Shown here: piece after piece, positions 1 through 8,001 of the stretch
Position numbering within the stretch: the first letter of the stretch is position 1
How the letters are laid out: each line of letters starts with the position of its first letter
IMG/VR virus record: IMGVR_UViG_3300036982_000017
Location: 1 to 28,256 of that record
Direction: 5' to 3' (one strand)
DNA length: 28,256 nucleotides
DNA from: a virus
Lineage: Duplodnaviria > Caudoviricetes
Position numbers and translations under genes: made by a program
The notes under the pieces: model-generated
Told to the model about the DNA's origin: nothing
Databases searched by the model: none
What the model saw: the letters and a program-made list of their open reading frames with translations, nothing else

Positions 1-2
1 TC

Positions 3-239
3 TCCGCACCGGCGATCGCCACGCTCGCACGGCTGCTCGAAAGCGAGAACGCCGGAGCTGCGCTCGGGGCGGCCAAGGAAATCCTCGACCGCACGATGGG
101 CAAGGTGAAGCAGCAGGTGAACCTCGACGTCGCAGTCGAGCATACGCACGTCATGCACCTCGATGCGCTGAAGCGGTTGAACGACAAGGCGAGACAGACA
201 GCCGACACGATCATCATCGATCACGTCGCGTCCGAATAG
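3..239 (+). CDS. Probable terminase small subunit, C-terminal part (truncated by window start)
   Basis: Not in ORF track. Frame from nt 3 reads SAPAIATLARLLESENAGAALGAAKEILDRTMGKVKQQVNLDVAVEHTHVMHLDALKRLN...SE*, TAG at 237-239. AAKEILDRxxGK is a motif seen in phage TerS-like proteins, and it lies upstream of terL. Confidence 0.6.
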   Translation, partial: SAPAIATLARLLESENAGAALGAAKEILDRTMGKVKQQVNLDVAVEHTHVMHLDALKRLNDKARQTADTIIIDHVASE

Positions 240-250
240 GGCTTGCCTGT

Positions 251-320
251 GCGGGACATGAGGCGGGACAGCGCATAGCGTCCCACTGAAACGGTAGTTG
301 ACATATGGGACGCGGCGTCC
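251..320. repeat. Cluster of GGGAC/GTCCC half-sites, res-site-like
   Basis: GCGGGACA at 251-258 and 263-270; inverted repeat GCGTCCCA (278-285)/TGGGACGC (306-313) with 20-nt spacer; CGTCC at 316-320. Confidence 0.5.
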
Positions 321-326
321 TACAAC
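298..326 (+). promoter_or_regulatory. Sigma70-type promoter for resolvase (-35 TTGACA, 17-bp spacer, -10 TACAAC)
   Basis: Perfect TTGACA at 298-303, exactly 17 nt, then TACAAC at 321-326. Overlaps the GCGTCCCA/TGGGACGC inverted repeat. Confidence 0.6.
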
Positions 327-463
327 GTCTAAGGCTTGGCGGTGCGGGAGGGGAAATCGGGCGGCGGGAGCGCGCCAGACCCCCCCCGGCCCCCCGGCTG
401 GCGGGGGCGGCTGCTGCAATGACCCCCCGCACCCCGTACACTCAAACGCGACAGGAACACGAA

Positions 464-1021
464 ATGCAAATTGGATACACCCGCACAAGCACCACGGAAC
501 AGGTCGCCGGATACGAGGCACAGCAGCGCGACTTAGCCGCAGCCGGAGCCGAGCGCATCTTCGCCGAGCAAGTGTCATCGGTCGCCAAGCGCGAGCAACT
601 CGACGCCGCGCTCGACTACTTACGAGATGGAGACGTGCTCATCGTGACGAAGCTCGACCGGCTCGCACGCAGCGTCGGCGACCTCGTCGGCATCGTCGAC
701 CGGATCGAGAAGCGCGGCGCATCCCTGCGCATCCTCGCAATGAACCTCGACACGCAGACGCCCACGGGCAAGCTGATGCTGAACGTGATCGGCAGCGTGG
801 CACAGTTCGAGCGTGAGATGATGCTGGAGCGCCAGCGTGAGGGCATCGCGAAGGCGAAGCGCGACGGCAAGTACCTCGGGCGCAAGCCGACGGCGATGGC
901 GAAGGGCGACGCTGTCGTCGAGCTTATCGCGCAGGGCATCGCGCCCACTGAGATCGCCAAGCGCTTGGGCATCGCGAGATCGTCCGTGTACCGCGTGATC
1001 GAGGCTAAGCTGCAGCCATAA
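464..1021 (+). CDS. Small serine recombinase (resolvase/invertase family) with C-terminal HTH, 185 aa
   Basis: MQIGYTRTSTTEQ (YxRxS catalytic Ser motif), VTKLDRLARS, GKLMLNVIGSVAQFEREMMLERQREG, GRKP linker, HTH IAKRLGIARSSVYR. ATG 464 is preceded by AGGA and is a better start than 305. Confidence 0.95.
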   Translation: MQIGYTRTSTTEQVAGYEAQQRDLAAAGAERIFAEQVSSVAKREQLDAALDYLRDGDVLIVTKLDRLARSVGDLVGIVDRIEKRGASLRILAMNLDTQTPTGKLMLNVIGSVAQFEREMMLERQREGIAKAKRDGKYLGRKPTAMAKGDAVVELIAQGIAPTEIAKRLGIARSSVYRVIEAKLQP

Positions 1022-1044
1022 CTTTACCCCCACCCCCCCCTACC

Positions 1045-1103
1045 CGTCACGATAATTCACAGCGCGTCACGAAAATTCACAAAGTTGTGGTATTTGTGAC
1101 GCG
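1045..1103. repeat. Phased direct + inverted repeat array (CGTCACGAWAATTCACA x2, then an inverted copy)
   Basis: CGTCACGATAATTCACA 1045-1061 and CGTCACGAAAATTCACA 1065-1081 (period 20; TCAC every 10 bp). TTGTGGTATTTGTGACGCG 1085-1103 is an imperfect inverted copy. Confidence 0.75.
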
Positions 1104-1124
1104 TTTTCATTGGCGGGACACGAT

Positions 1125-1613
1125 ATGGCTGAACGTATACCGCTGCGCGTGAAGCAGATCGACCACCTGACGCGCAAGGTAATCGTGCGCGAGGATGGGT
1201 GCCACGTGTGGACGGGCACGATCTCGCAGGGCGGGTATGGCATGATGGTGATCACGGACGGCGGCAGGCGGATCAGCGCCAAGGCCCACCGCATCGCCTA
1301 CCAGATTGCGCACGGCGAGATACCTGACGGGTTGTACGTCTGCCACAGCTGCGACGTGAAGCTGTGCGTGAACCCCGAGCACCTGTTTGCGGCGACGCAG
1401 GGCGAGAATATGCGTGATATGTCGCGCAAGAGCAGGGCGAGGAACGCGCACAATTACGAGGTGCCGCCCCTAGCGATAGAGATGCTTACGGCTGGAGCGT
1501 ATCAGGTTGACGTGCAGCGCATGACGGGACTGCCATTGCATCAACTGCGCGATATAGCTAAACGCTTGGGCGTGCAGCTACGCCTGAAGGGGAGCAACGA
1601 TGGCCGGTACTGA
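1125..1613 (+). CDS. HNH endonuclease (HNH_3 / homing type)
   Basis: GCHVWTG...GYG...AHRIAY...VCHSCDVKLCVNPEHL...T..EN..D is the typical HNH_3 signature, with a helical C-terminal DNA-binding tail. Overlaps the terL start. Confidence 0.9.
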   Translation: MAERIPLRVKQIDHLTRKVIVREDGCHVWTGTISQGGYGMMVITDGGRRISAKAHRIAYQIAHGEIPDGLYVCHSCDVKLCVNPEHLFAATQGENMRDMSRKSRARNAHNYEVPPLAIEMLTAGAYQVDVQRMTGLPLHQLRDIAKRLGVQLRLKGSNDGRY

Positions 1614-3000
1614 TGCAGCATCTACGTTCGACGATTTCATAACACTCTACCGCAGCAACCCCGTCGGCTTCGTGCGCGACGTGCTGGGCCAGTCGCCGAC
1701 CAAGTGGCAGGAGGACGCCCTGCGCAAGGTCGCCGCCGGTCGCCGACGCATCAGCATCCGCGCCGGTCACGGTGTCGGGAAGAGCACTGTGTGCGCGTGG
1801 GCCGTAGTCTGGTTCATGTGTACGCGCTTCCCGCAGAAGACCGTGATGACGGCACCCACCGCGGGGCAGTTGTTCGACGCTCTCTTCTCCGAGCTGAAGG
1901 CGCAGGTCAACCGCTTGCCCCCGGTGCTGCGCGACAGCTTTGACGTGTTCAGCGACAGGATTGCGTTGAAGGGTGCGCCCGAGAGTTCGTTCGCATCGGC
2001 ACGCACGTCGTCGTCCGACCGGCCAGAGGCTCTCGCGGGTATCCACAGCGAGCACGTATTGCTGATCATCGACGAGGCGTCGGCGGTGCCTGAAGCTGTG
2101 TACGAGGCCGCAGCTGGCTCGATGTCGGGGCACTCGGCCTGCACGATCCTGATCGGCAACCCGACGCGAAATAGCGGTATGTTTTACAAGACGCACCACG
2201 AATTGGCGAGCGACTGGGACACGATGCACGTAAGCTGCGTCGATAATGCGTTGGTGGCTGCGGACTTCGTCGACCAGATCAGGGCCACGTATGGTGAGGA
2301 GAGCAACGCCTACCGCATCCGCGTGCTGGGCGAGTTTGCCGTAGCCGACGACGACACACTTATAGCGGCAGAGATCGTCGACAGCGCGATGACGCGGGAC
2401 GTGTCCGGCACTGAGCAGGACGTGATGGTGTACGGCGTCGACGTCGCACGCTTCGGGTCTGACCGGTCCGCGCTGTGCAAGCGCCGGGGGAATGTCGTGA
2501 TCGAGGTGAAGTCGTGGGGTGGCCTAGACCTGATGCAGCTCGTCGGCGCAATCGTCAACGAGGCCAACATCGACCGGCCCGACGAGATATGCGTCGACAC
2601 AATCGGCCTCGGATCGGGCGTCGCTGATCGCCTGCGCGAGATGGGCTATAACGTGCGCGACGTGAATGTCGCAGAAACGTCTGCCATGAACCCGAACGCC
2701 AACCGGCTGCGCGACGAGCTGTGGCTCTCGGTGCGCGACTGGCTGTCAACACGGGGCGTAAAGATACCCAACGACGCATCGCTGCGGCATGAGCTTGTCG
2801 CTCCGCGGTACACGTTCACCAGCACCGGCAAGATCGTCGTGGAATCGAAAGACCTGATGCGTAAGCGCGGTATGCGCTCGCCCGATCTTGCCGACGCGCT
2901 GTGCCTGACGTTTGCGGGGACCGCTGCGCTGGTGGGCGGCAGGGCGTCGTCGTGGCTCAAGGGCAAGCCGCTGCGGCGAAACCTTGCGGGTGTCGTCTGA
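1600..3000 (+). CDS. terL: Terminase large subunit
   Basis: Walker A IRAGHGVGKS, Walker B LLIIDEA, coupling motif IGNP, RNase H-like nuclease GVDVARFGSD, DTIGLG, SPDLADAL. Confidence 0.95.
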   Translation: MAGTDAASTFDDFITLYRSNPVGFVRDVLGQSPTKWQEDALRKVAAGRRRISIRAGHGVGKSTVCAWAVVWFMCTRFPQKTVMTAPTAGQLFDALFSELKAQVNRLPPVLRDSFDVFSDRIALKGAPESSFASARTSSSDRPEALAGIHSEHVLLIIDEASAVPEAVYEAAAGSMSGHSACTILIGNPTRNSGMFYKTHHELASDWDTMHVSCVDNALVAADFVDQIRATYGEESNAYRIRVLGEFAVADDDTLIAAEIVDSAMTRDVSGTEQDVMVYGVDVARFGSDRSALCKRRGNVVIEVKSWGGLDLMQLVGAIVNEANIDRPDEICVDTIGLGSGVADRLREMGYNVRDVNVAETSAMNPNANRLRDELWLSVRDWLSTRGVKIPNDASLRHELVAPRYTFTSTGKIVVESKDLMRKRGMRSPDLADALCLTFAGTAALVGGRASSWLKGKPLRRNLAGVV

Positions 3001-3051
3001 ACGGTGTAACTTGCGCGGCATTGATTTACATACCCACGAAGGGGACGCGAC

Positions 3052-3372
3052 ATGAGTACGATTATCAAGGACAGCAACGGTCAACTGGTGCCTACGGTCG
3101 GCACGCTTGGCGTTTCTCAAGTGTTTACCGTGACGAATAGCTCCGTGGCGAGCACGGCATTTGGTGCGACGACGACGCTGGTTCGCGTCGCGGCGTCTCT
3201 CGGCCACTGCCACATCGCATTTGGCGCAGCTCCGACGGCGAGCGTTACGACGTCTGCGATGCTCCCCGTGAACGACGCGCAAATCTTTGCCGTCACGCCC
3301 GGGCATAAGATGGCCGTGATCAAGGACGCCGCAGTTGTGGCGTCCACCGTGTCAGTGACGGAATTACTGTGA
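3052..3372 (+). CDS. Small beta-rich protein, possible virion/decoration protein
   Basis: 106 aa, Val/Thr/Ala/Ser-rich; RBS AGGGG upstream; located in head module. Confidence 0.55.
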   Translation: MSTIIKDSNGQLVPTVGTLGVSQVFTVTNSSVASTAFGATTTLVRVAASLGHCHIAFGAAPTASVTTSAMLPVNDAQIFAVTPGHKMAVIKDAAVVASTVSVTELL

Positions 3373-3842
3373 TGGTTGAATCATGCCCCGTAGAGACACG
3401 AGACATAACGGCTAACCTGCGCAATCGCGGCAAGGCCATCGACAAGGCCAACTACGGCCCGATGGACCCAGAGCAGCGCAATGACCGCTTCTGGGCAATG
3501 AAGGCGCAGTCGTGGGACGTAACACCGGACGAGGCCAAGACGCAGCTCTGCGGCAACTGCGCGGCGTTCAACCAGACATCTGCAATGATGGAGTGTATCC
3601 GCACCGGCATCGAGGGGAAGGACACGGAACGTGATGCGATGGACGTTATCGAGGCTGGCGACTTGGGATACTGCGAGATATTCGATTTCAAGTGCGCTTC
3701 TAGCCGTACTTGCGACGCTTGGATCGTCGGTGGCCCGATCAAGGATGAGGGCGATGAGGGCGACGAGGCCGAGGATGAGTACGAGTATACAGACGAAGAC
3801 GATGAGCTTGCTGGTGCGATGATGGCCGAGGACGAAGACTGA
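3372..3842 (+). CDS. Cys-rich protein with HiPIP-like Cys spacing and acidic tail
   Basis: QLCGNCAAF...GYCEIF...RTCDAW resembles the CxxC...CxxF...CxAW pattern of HiPIP. The C-terminus is almost all Asp/Glu. Confidence 0.55.
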   Translation: MVESCPVETRDITANLRNRGKAIDKANYGPMDPEQRNDRFWAMKAQSWDVTPDEAKTQLCGNCAAFNQTSAMMECIRTGIEGKDTERDAMDVIEAGDLGYCEIFDFKCASSRTCDAWIVGGPIKDEGDEGDEAEDEYEYTDEDDELAGAMMAEDED

Positions 3843-4150
3843 TGGTCGCAAAGAAGTACCAGAACCCAGTCGGTGGCTTGAACGCCGCCGGTCGTGCGTT
3901 CTTCAAGCGCACCGAGGGCGCAAACCTGAAGGCACCCGTGAAGGGCGCCCCGAAGTCCGACGAGGCACTCGGTCGCAAGGCGAGCTTCTTGGCACGCATG
4001 GCTGGCGTCAAGGGGCCGGACTTTGACGAGAAGGGCAAGCCGACGCGCAAGCTGCTCGCGCTGAAGGCTTGGGGCGCGTCGTCTACGTCAGACGCAAAGC
4101 AGAAAGCGGCAGCACTGAGCAAACGTATCAAGGCAAAGGGGGGACCATGA
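3842..4150 (+). CDS. Small basic phage protein (GGLNxxGR...RKASFLARM...ALKAWG family, DUF6321-like)
   Basis: 102 aa, Lys/Arg-rich; translationally coupled (TGATG). Family name recalled, not searched. Confidence 0.7.
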   Translation: MVAKKYQNPVGGLNAAGRAFFKRTEGANLKAPVKGAPKSDEALGRKASFLARMAGVKGPDFDEKGKPTRKLLALKAWGASSTSDAKQKAAALSKRIKAKGGP

Positions 4151-4305
4151 AGCAGGTATGGGACAAGGCGCGACCAAAGGCGCTCGGCAAGAGCGAGAAG
4201 CTGACGCCATCGCAGAAGGCATCGGCAAAGAGAACGGCGAAGAAGGCGGGGCGACCGTACCCGAACTTGGTCGATAATATGCGCGTTGCGGGTAAGAAGA
4301 GGTAA
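4147..4305 (+). CDS. Small basic protein (52 aa, ...AKKAGRPYPNLVDNM...)
   Basis: ATG at 4147 overlaps the preceding stop (ATGA) and follows GGGGG RBS; highly Lys/Arg-rich. Confidence 0.7.
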   Translation: MKQVWDKARPKALGKSEKLTPSQKASAKRTAKKAGRPYPNLVDNMRVAGKKR

Positions 4306-4308
4306 CCC

Positions 4309-4992
4309 ATGACCCAACCGATCAACTTATCCATCTGCGTTCCGGCACGCGACCACGTCGACACCGGTTTTGCCCACGATCTCGCGACGCTGTCCGCGCA
4401 CTGGTACGGCGCAGCGCCCGTCGGCTCCAAGTTCAACATACATACGGTTAGCGGTACGCTAATTGCTGACCAGCGCCAGAAACTCGTCAAGATCGCGCTG
4501 AAGGAAGGCGCTGACTGGATACTGTTCCTCGACAGCGATATGCGCTTCCCGAAGAACATCGCGCACCGCATGATGGCGAACGATCTCGACATCGTTGCAG
4601 CGAACTACCCGACGCGCAGGATGCCGACGAAGACGGTCGCGTTCTCGAACTTCGAGAAGCTGGAGTGCATCTATCTGGATGATGCGCAGTCGCGGACGCA
4701 GGAAGTAGACGCCGTCGGCATGGGCGTCATGCTGATCAAGGCGCAAGTGTTCAAGGCTCTCCCGCAGCCGTGGTTTCAGGTCGGGTACGCGCCAAAGGCT
4801 GGCGAATACGTCGGCGAGGATATCTACTTCTGCAAGCTGGCGCAGAGGCACGGGTTCAAGGTTATGATCGACAATGCCGTGTCAGCCGAAGTGCGGCACA
4901 TAGGAGTGTTTGAGTTTTCGCATGAGCACGCAGAGGCCGAGCGTGACATGGACAGCATGGTCATGGCCGAGATCGAAGGGGCAGCAGCATGA
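4309..4992 (+). CDS. Glycosyltransferase-like protein (GT-A / GT2 fold)
   Basis: N-terminal ICVPAR strand, DxD motif WILFLDSDM, VGMGVMLI, GEDIYFC, VRHIG. Confidence 0.75.
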   Translation: MTQPINLSICVPARDHVDTGFAHDLATLSAHWYGAAPVGSKFNIHTVSGTLIADQRQKLVKIALKEGADWILFLDSDMRFPKNIAHRMMANDLDIVAANYPTRRMPTKTVAFSNFEKLECIYLDDAQSRTQEVDAVGMGVMLIKAQVFKALPQPWFQVGYAPKAGEYVGEDIYFCKLAQRHGFKVMIDNAVSAEVRHIGVFEFSHEHAEAERDMDSMVMAEIEGAAA

Positions 4993-5165
4993 AGAAGATG
5001 AGCAAGGCGCAGGCTAAGATCGGCAAGGTGATGGGCGAATACAAGATGGGTACGCTAAAGGCAGGCGTGAACCCTAAAGGCCCGGCCAAGGCACCAATGG
5101 CCAAGAGCCGCAAGCAGGCCGTCGCAATCGCGATGTCCGAAGCCGGAAAGATGAAGCGCAAGTGA
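4989..5165 (+). CDS. Small basic protein, 58 aa (DUF6496-like)
   Basis: Not in ORF track: MKKMSKAQAKIGKVMGEYKMGTLKAGVNPKGPAKAPMAKSRKQAVAIAMSEAGKMKRK*. Overlaps both neighbours by 4 nt (ATGA, GTGA); has a KQAVAIAMSEA motif. Confidence 0.75.
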   Translation: MKKMSKAQAKIGKVMGEYKMGTLKAGVNPKGPAKAPMAKSRKQAVAIAMSEAGKMKRK

Positions 5166-5713
5166 AACACTTCTACGAGGAGATCGAGGGCTGGTTCCAG
5201 TTCTCAAAGCCGTACCTCGAAGCCGTCGCGTCAGCTCGCGACGGTGCCGTGTTCGTCGAACTTGGCTGCTGGAAGGGGCGATCTGCATCTTTCATGGGCG
5301 TCGAGATCGTCAACTCCGGCAAGGCCATCGAGTTCAACTGCGTCGACCACTGGAAGGGCAGCGACGACGTCCACCTTGCGGATCCCGAGATCAAGAACGT
5401 CGCAAAGATATTCCGCGCCAACATGAAGCGCATCGACGGGCTGAACCTCGTCATCCACCGGAGCGAAAGCCCAGCCGCAGCCGAGAAGTTCGCCGACGAG
5501 AGTTGCGACTTCGTCTGGATCGACGCCGGTCACGACTACGCCTCGGTTCTGGCTGACATTAATGCGTGGCTCCCGAAGGTGAAGCCCGGCGGCGTGATCG
5601 GCGGCGACGATTACCCTATGGACGGCGTGGGTCAAGCTGTGAGAGAAGTATTCCCGAAACCAGAGATCGGCACAGAACGTGGCTGGTCGTGGTGGCGTGT
5701 TCGAAAGGTATAG
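5162..5713 (+). CDS. Class I SAM-dependent methyltransferase (Methyltransf_24-like)
   Basis: Motif I VELGCWKGRS, VDHW, DFVWIDAGHDY, KPGGVIGGDDY. No DPPY/NPPY or PC motif, so not a DNA MTase. Confidence 0.85.
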   Translation: MKHFYEEIEGWFQFSKPYLEAVASARDGAVFVELGCWKGRSASFMGVEIVNSGKAIEFNCVDHWKGSDDVHLADPEIKNVAKIFRANMKRIDGLNLVIHRSESPAAAEKFADESCDFVWIDAGHDYASVLADINAWLPKVKPGGVIGGDDYPMDGVGQAVREVFPKPEIGTERGWSWWRVRKV

Positions 5714-5717
5714 GCAC

Positions 5718-7991
5718 ATGGCAAACGAAGACTTCTCCCTCGGCGGCGGGTACGATCCCGAGATGATCCCGATGCGCGTGATGAACGACGACAGCGGGAT
5801 GCTTGTGCCGTCATCCGATCAGCCAATGGACGAGGAGGACTTCCGATACCGCGTGCGTCAGGCGATTGAGGACTGCGCCACCTATATCGACAGCTACATC
5901 GCGCCAGAGCGCGAGAGGGCGATGAATTACTACCTCGGGAACCTGTTCGGGAACGAGGAAGCGGGGCGCTCTCAGGTCGTGATGACCGAGGTGCGCGACA
6001 CGATCTTGGCGATGATGCCGGGCCTATTGCGCATCTTCGTCGGCGGCACCAAGACGCTCGAGTTCGTCCCCAAGGGCGCTGAAGATGTCGAAGTCGCCGA
6101 GCAGATGACCGATCTCGTCAACTACATCTTCGGCCAAGAGAATAACGGCTTCCGCATTTTGCACGACGCCATGAAGGACGCCCTCACGCTGAAGGACGGC
6201 GTGCTGACGTGGTACGTCCGCACGGACGAGACGGTCGAGGAGTACAACTACTCCGGCCTATCGCAGGACGACGCCGCGTTTATCCTGTCGCAGCCGGGTG
6301 TCGAGATGATCTCGATGTCCGAGCAGATGTCCGTGACCCAGATGCAGACCAACGTCATCCCGATGGACCCGATGATGTCCGTCGAGCCACCGACGATCTC
6401 GATGCGCGTGCGTCGTATTAATAAGACGCCCCGCTACGTCGTCGAGTGCATACCGCCCGAGCAATTCCTGATCGACAACGAGGCACCGACAATCGACGAG
6501 GCAATCATCGTCGGTCGGCGCAAGCTGGCGACGGTATCGGAACTCGTCTCGATGGGCTACCCGCGTGAGATCATCGAGGAGAACGCCGGTTCCGGCGGCT
6601 TCGAGATGAATATGGAGACACTCGCACGCAACCCGGCAGACCAGTCTTTTTTCGGCATCTCGCAGGGGCCAGACGAGAGCACGGACAAGGTGTACTACGT
6701 CGAGGCGTACATCCGCATCGACAAGGACGGCGACGGTATCGCGGAGCTGCACAAGGTCTGCACGGTCGGGAACGGCGCAGTCGTCCTTCACGATGAAATC
6801 GTGCAGCAGGCACCGTTTGCTTTGCTCTCACCGGATCCGACACCGCACACGATATTTGGCAAGTCGATTGCCGATCAGACGATGGACTTGCAGCTCATCA
6901 AGTCTAACATCATGCGCAACACGCTTGACAGCCTCGCGCAGTCGATCCACCCACGCACAGCCGTCGTCGAATCACAGGTCAACATGGACGACGTGATGAA
7001 CAACGAGACGGGTGCCGTGATCCGTATGCGCTCGATGGGTGCCGTGCAGGCTCTCTCGACGCCGTTCGTCGGGCAACCGGCTCTCGGGGTGCTCGCGTAC
7101 CTCGACGACGTGAAGACGCAGCGCACGGGCATCTCACGCGCATCGCAGGGGCTTGACGGCGACGTGTTGCAGTCAACCACCCGGTCAGCCGTGCAGGCAC
7201 AGCTCTCGTCGTCGCAGGAGCGCATCGAGATGATCGCTCGCCTGTTCGCCGACGGGTTAAAGCGCTGCTTCCAAGGATTGCTGAAGCTCGTCGTGCAGCA
7301 TCAGGATAAGCCGAAGATCATCCGCCTGCGCAACAAGTTCGTGCCGATTGACCCACGCGGATGGGACGCCGACATGGACATGGTCGTCAACATCGCGCTC
7401 GGTCGCGGTTCAGACGAGCAGCGCATGATGTTTCTGATGCAGATACTGGCGCAGCAGAAGGAAGTGATCGAGAAATACGGCCCGAATAACCCTCTCGTCG
7501 ACCTCCAGCAGTACCGCAATACGCTCGCTCAGGTGATCGAGTTGTCGGGGTTCCAAGACCCGGCGCAGTTCGTGAAGGAAGTCGATCCGGCGGCAGTTGA
7601 TGCGTATATGCAGCAGATGTCGCAGCAGCAGAAGCCGATGGACCCGACCGAGATGCTCGCTCAGGTTCAGGCGAAGCAGATCGAGGCCGACATCCTGATC
7701 GCAGCCGCGAAGCAGGAGCTGGAGACGAAGAAGGCGCAGGCTGACGCTGACTTTAAGCGCGATCAGCTCATGGTCGACGCGATGCTCAAGGCGGCAGAGA
7801 TTGAGGCGAAGTATGGCTCACAGGTCAACATGGCCGTGATCAACGCCGAAGTGAACCGCCAGCGCACCGAGATACAGGAGATGTTCTCCCTCCAAGCGCA
7901 GCGCGAGCAGGCCATGCTGAATATGAATCAGATACCGCAACAGGCACCGGCACCGCAGATGATGCCGCCAATGCCCCCGCAGATGATGTGA
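5718..7991 (+). CDS. Portal protein (P22/SU10-like)
   Basis: ~757 aa after terL; YYLG..FGNE.GRSQVV, IPPEQFLID, GKSIAD..MDLQ, long C-terminal coiled coil and Q/M/P-rich tail. ATG 5718 preferred. Confidence 0.9.
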   Translation: MANEDFSLGGGYDPEMIPMRVMNDDSGMLVPSSDQPMDEEDFRYRVRQAIEDCATYIDSYIAPERERAMNYYLGNLFGNEEAGRSQVVMTEVRDTILAMMPGLLRIFVGGTKTLEFVPKGAEDVEVAEQMTDLVNYIFGQENNGFRILHDAMKDALTLKDGVLTWYVRTDETVEEYNYSGLSQDDAAFILSQPGVEMISMSEQMSVTQMQTNVIPMDPMMSVEPPTISMRVRRINKTPRYVVECIPPEQFLIDNEAPTIDEAIIVGRRKLATVSELVSMGYPREIIEENAGSGGFEMNMETLARNPADQSFFGISQGPDESTDKVYYVEAYIRIDKDGDGIAELHKVCTVGNGAVVLHDEIVQQAPFALLSPDPTPHTIFGKSIADQTMDLQLIKSNIMRNTLDSLAQSIHPRTAVVESQVNMDDVMNNETGAVIRMRSMGAVQALSTPFVGQPALGVLAYLDDVKTQRTGISRASQGLDGDVLQSTTRSAVQAQLSSSQERIEMIARLFADGLKRCFQGLLKLVVQHQDKPKIIRLRNKFVPIDPRGWDADMDMVVNIALGRGSDEQRMMFLMQILAQQKEVIEKYGPNNPLVDLQQYRNTLAQVIELSGFQDPAQFVKEVDPAAVDAYMQQMSQQQKPMDPTEMLAQVQAKQIEADILIAAAKQELETKKAQADADFKRDQLMVDAMLKAAEIEAKYGSQVNMAVINAEVNRQRTEIQEMFSLQAQREQAMLNMNQIPQQAPAPQMMPPMPPQMM

Positions 7992-8001
7992 GGAGATAGA
8001 G

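Noticed and set aside
298-816. 172-aa Arg-rich + ORF and the 305 start of the recombinase
   Set aside because: Alternative-frame shadow in GC-rich DNA. The 305-463 extension crosses the promoter and C-tracts and precedes the family's normal N-terminus.
464-1021. Recombinase as phage integrase or Gin/Cin-type tail fibre invertase
   Set aside because: Too short for a large serine integrase. No inverted alternative fibre genes or flanking inverted sites were seen near 14141-15830.
3001-3051. Possible late promoter between terL and the 3052 ORF
   Set aside because: AT-richer gap, but no convincing -35/-10 pair.
5162-5713. DNA methyltransferase / restriction-modification system
   Set aside because: Lacks DPPY/NPPY and PC motifs; no cognate nuclease.
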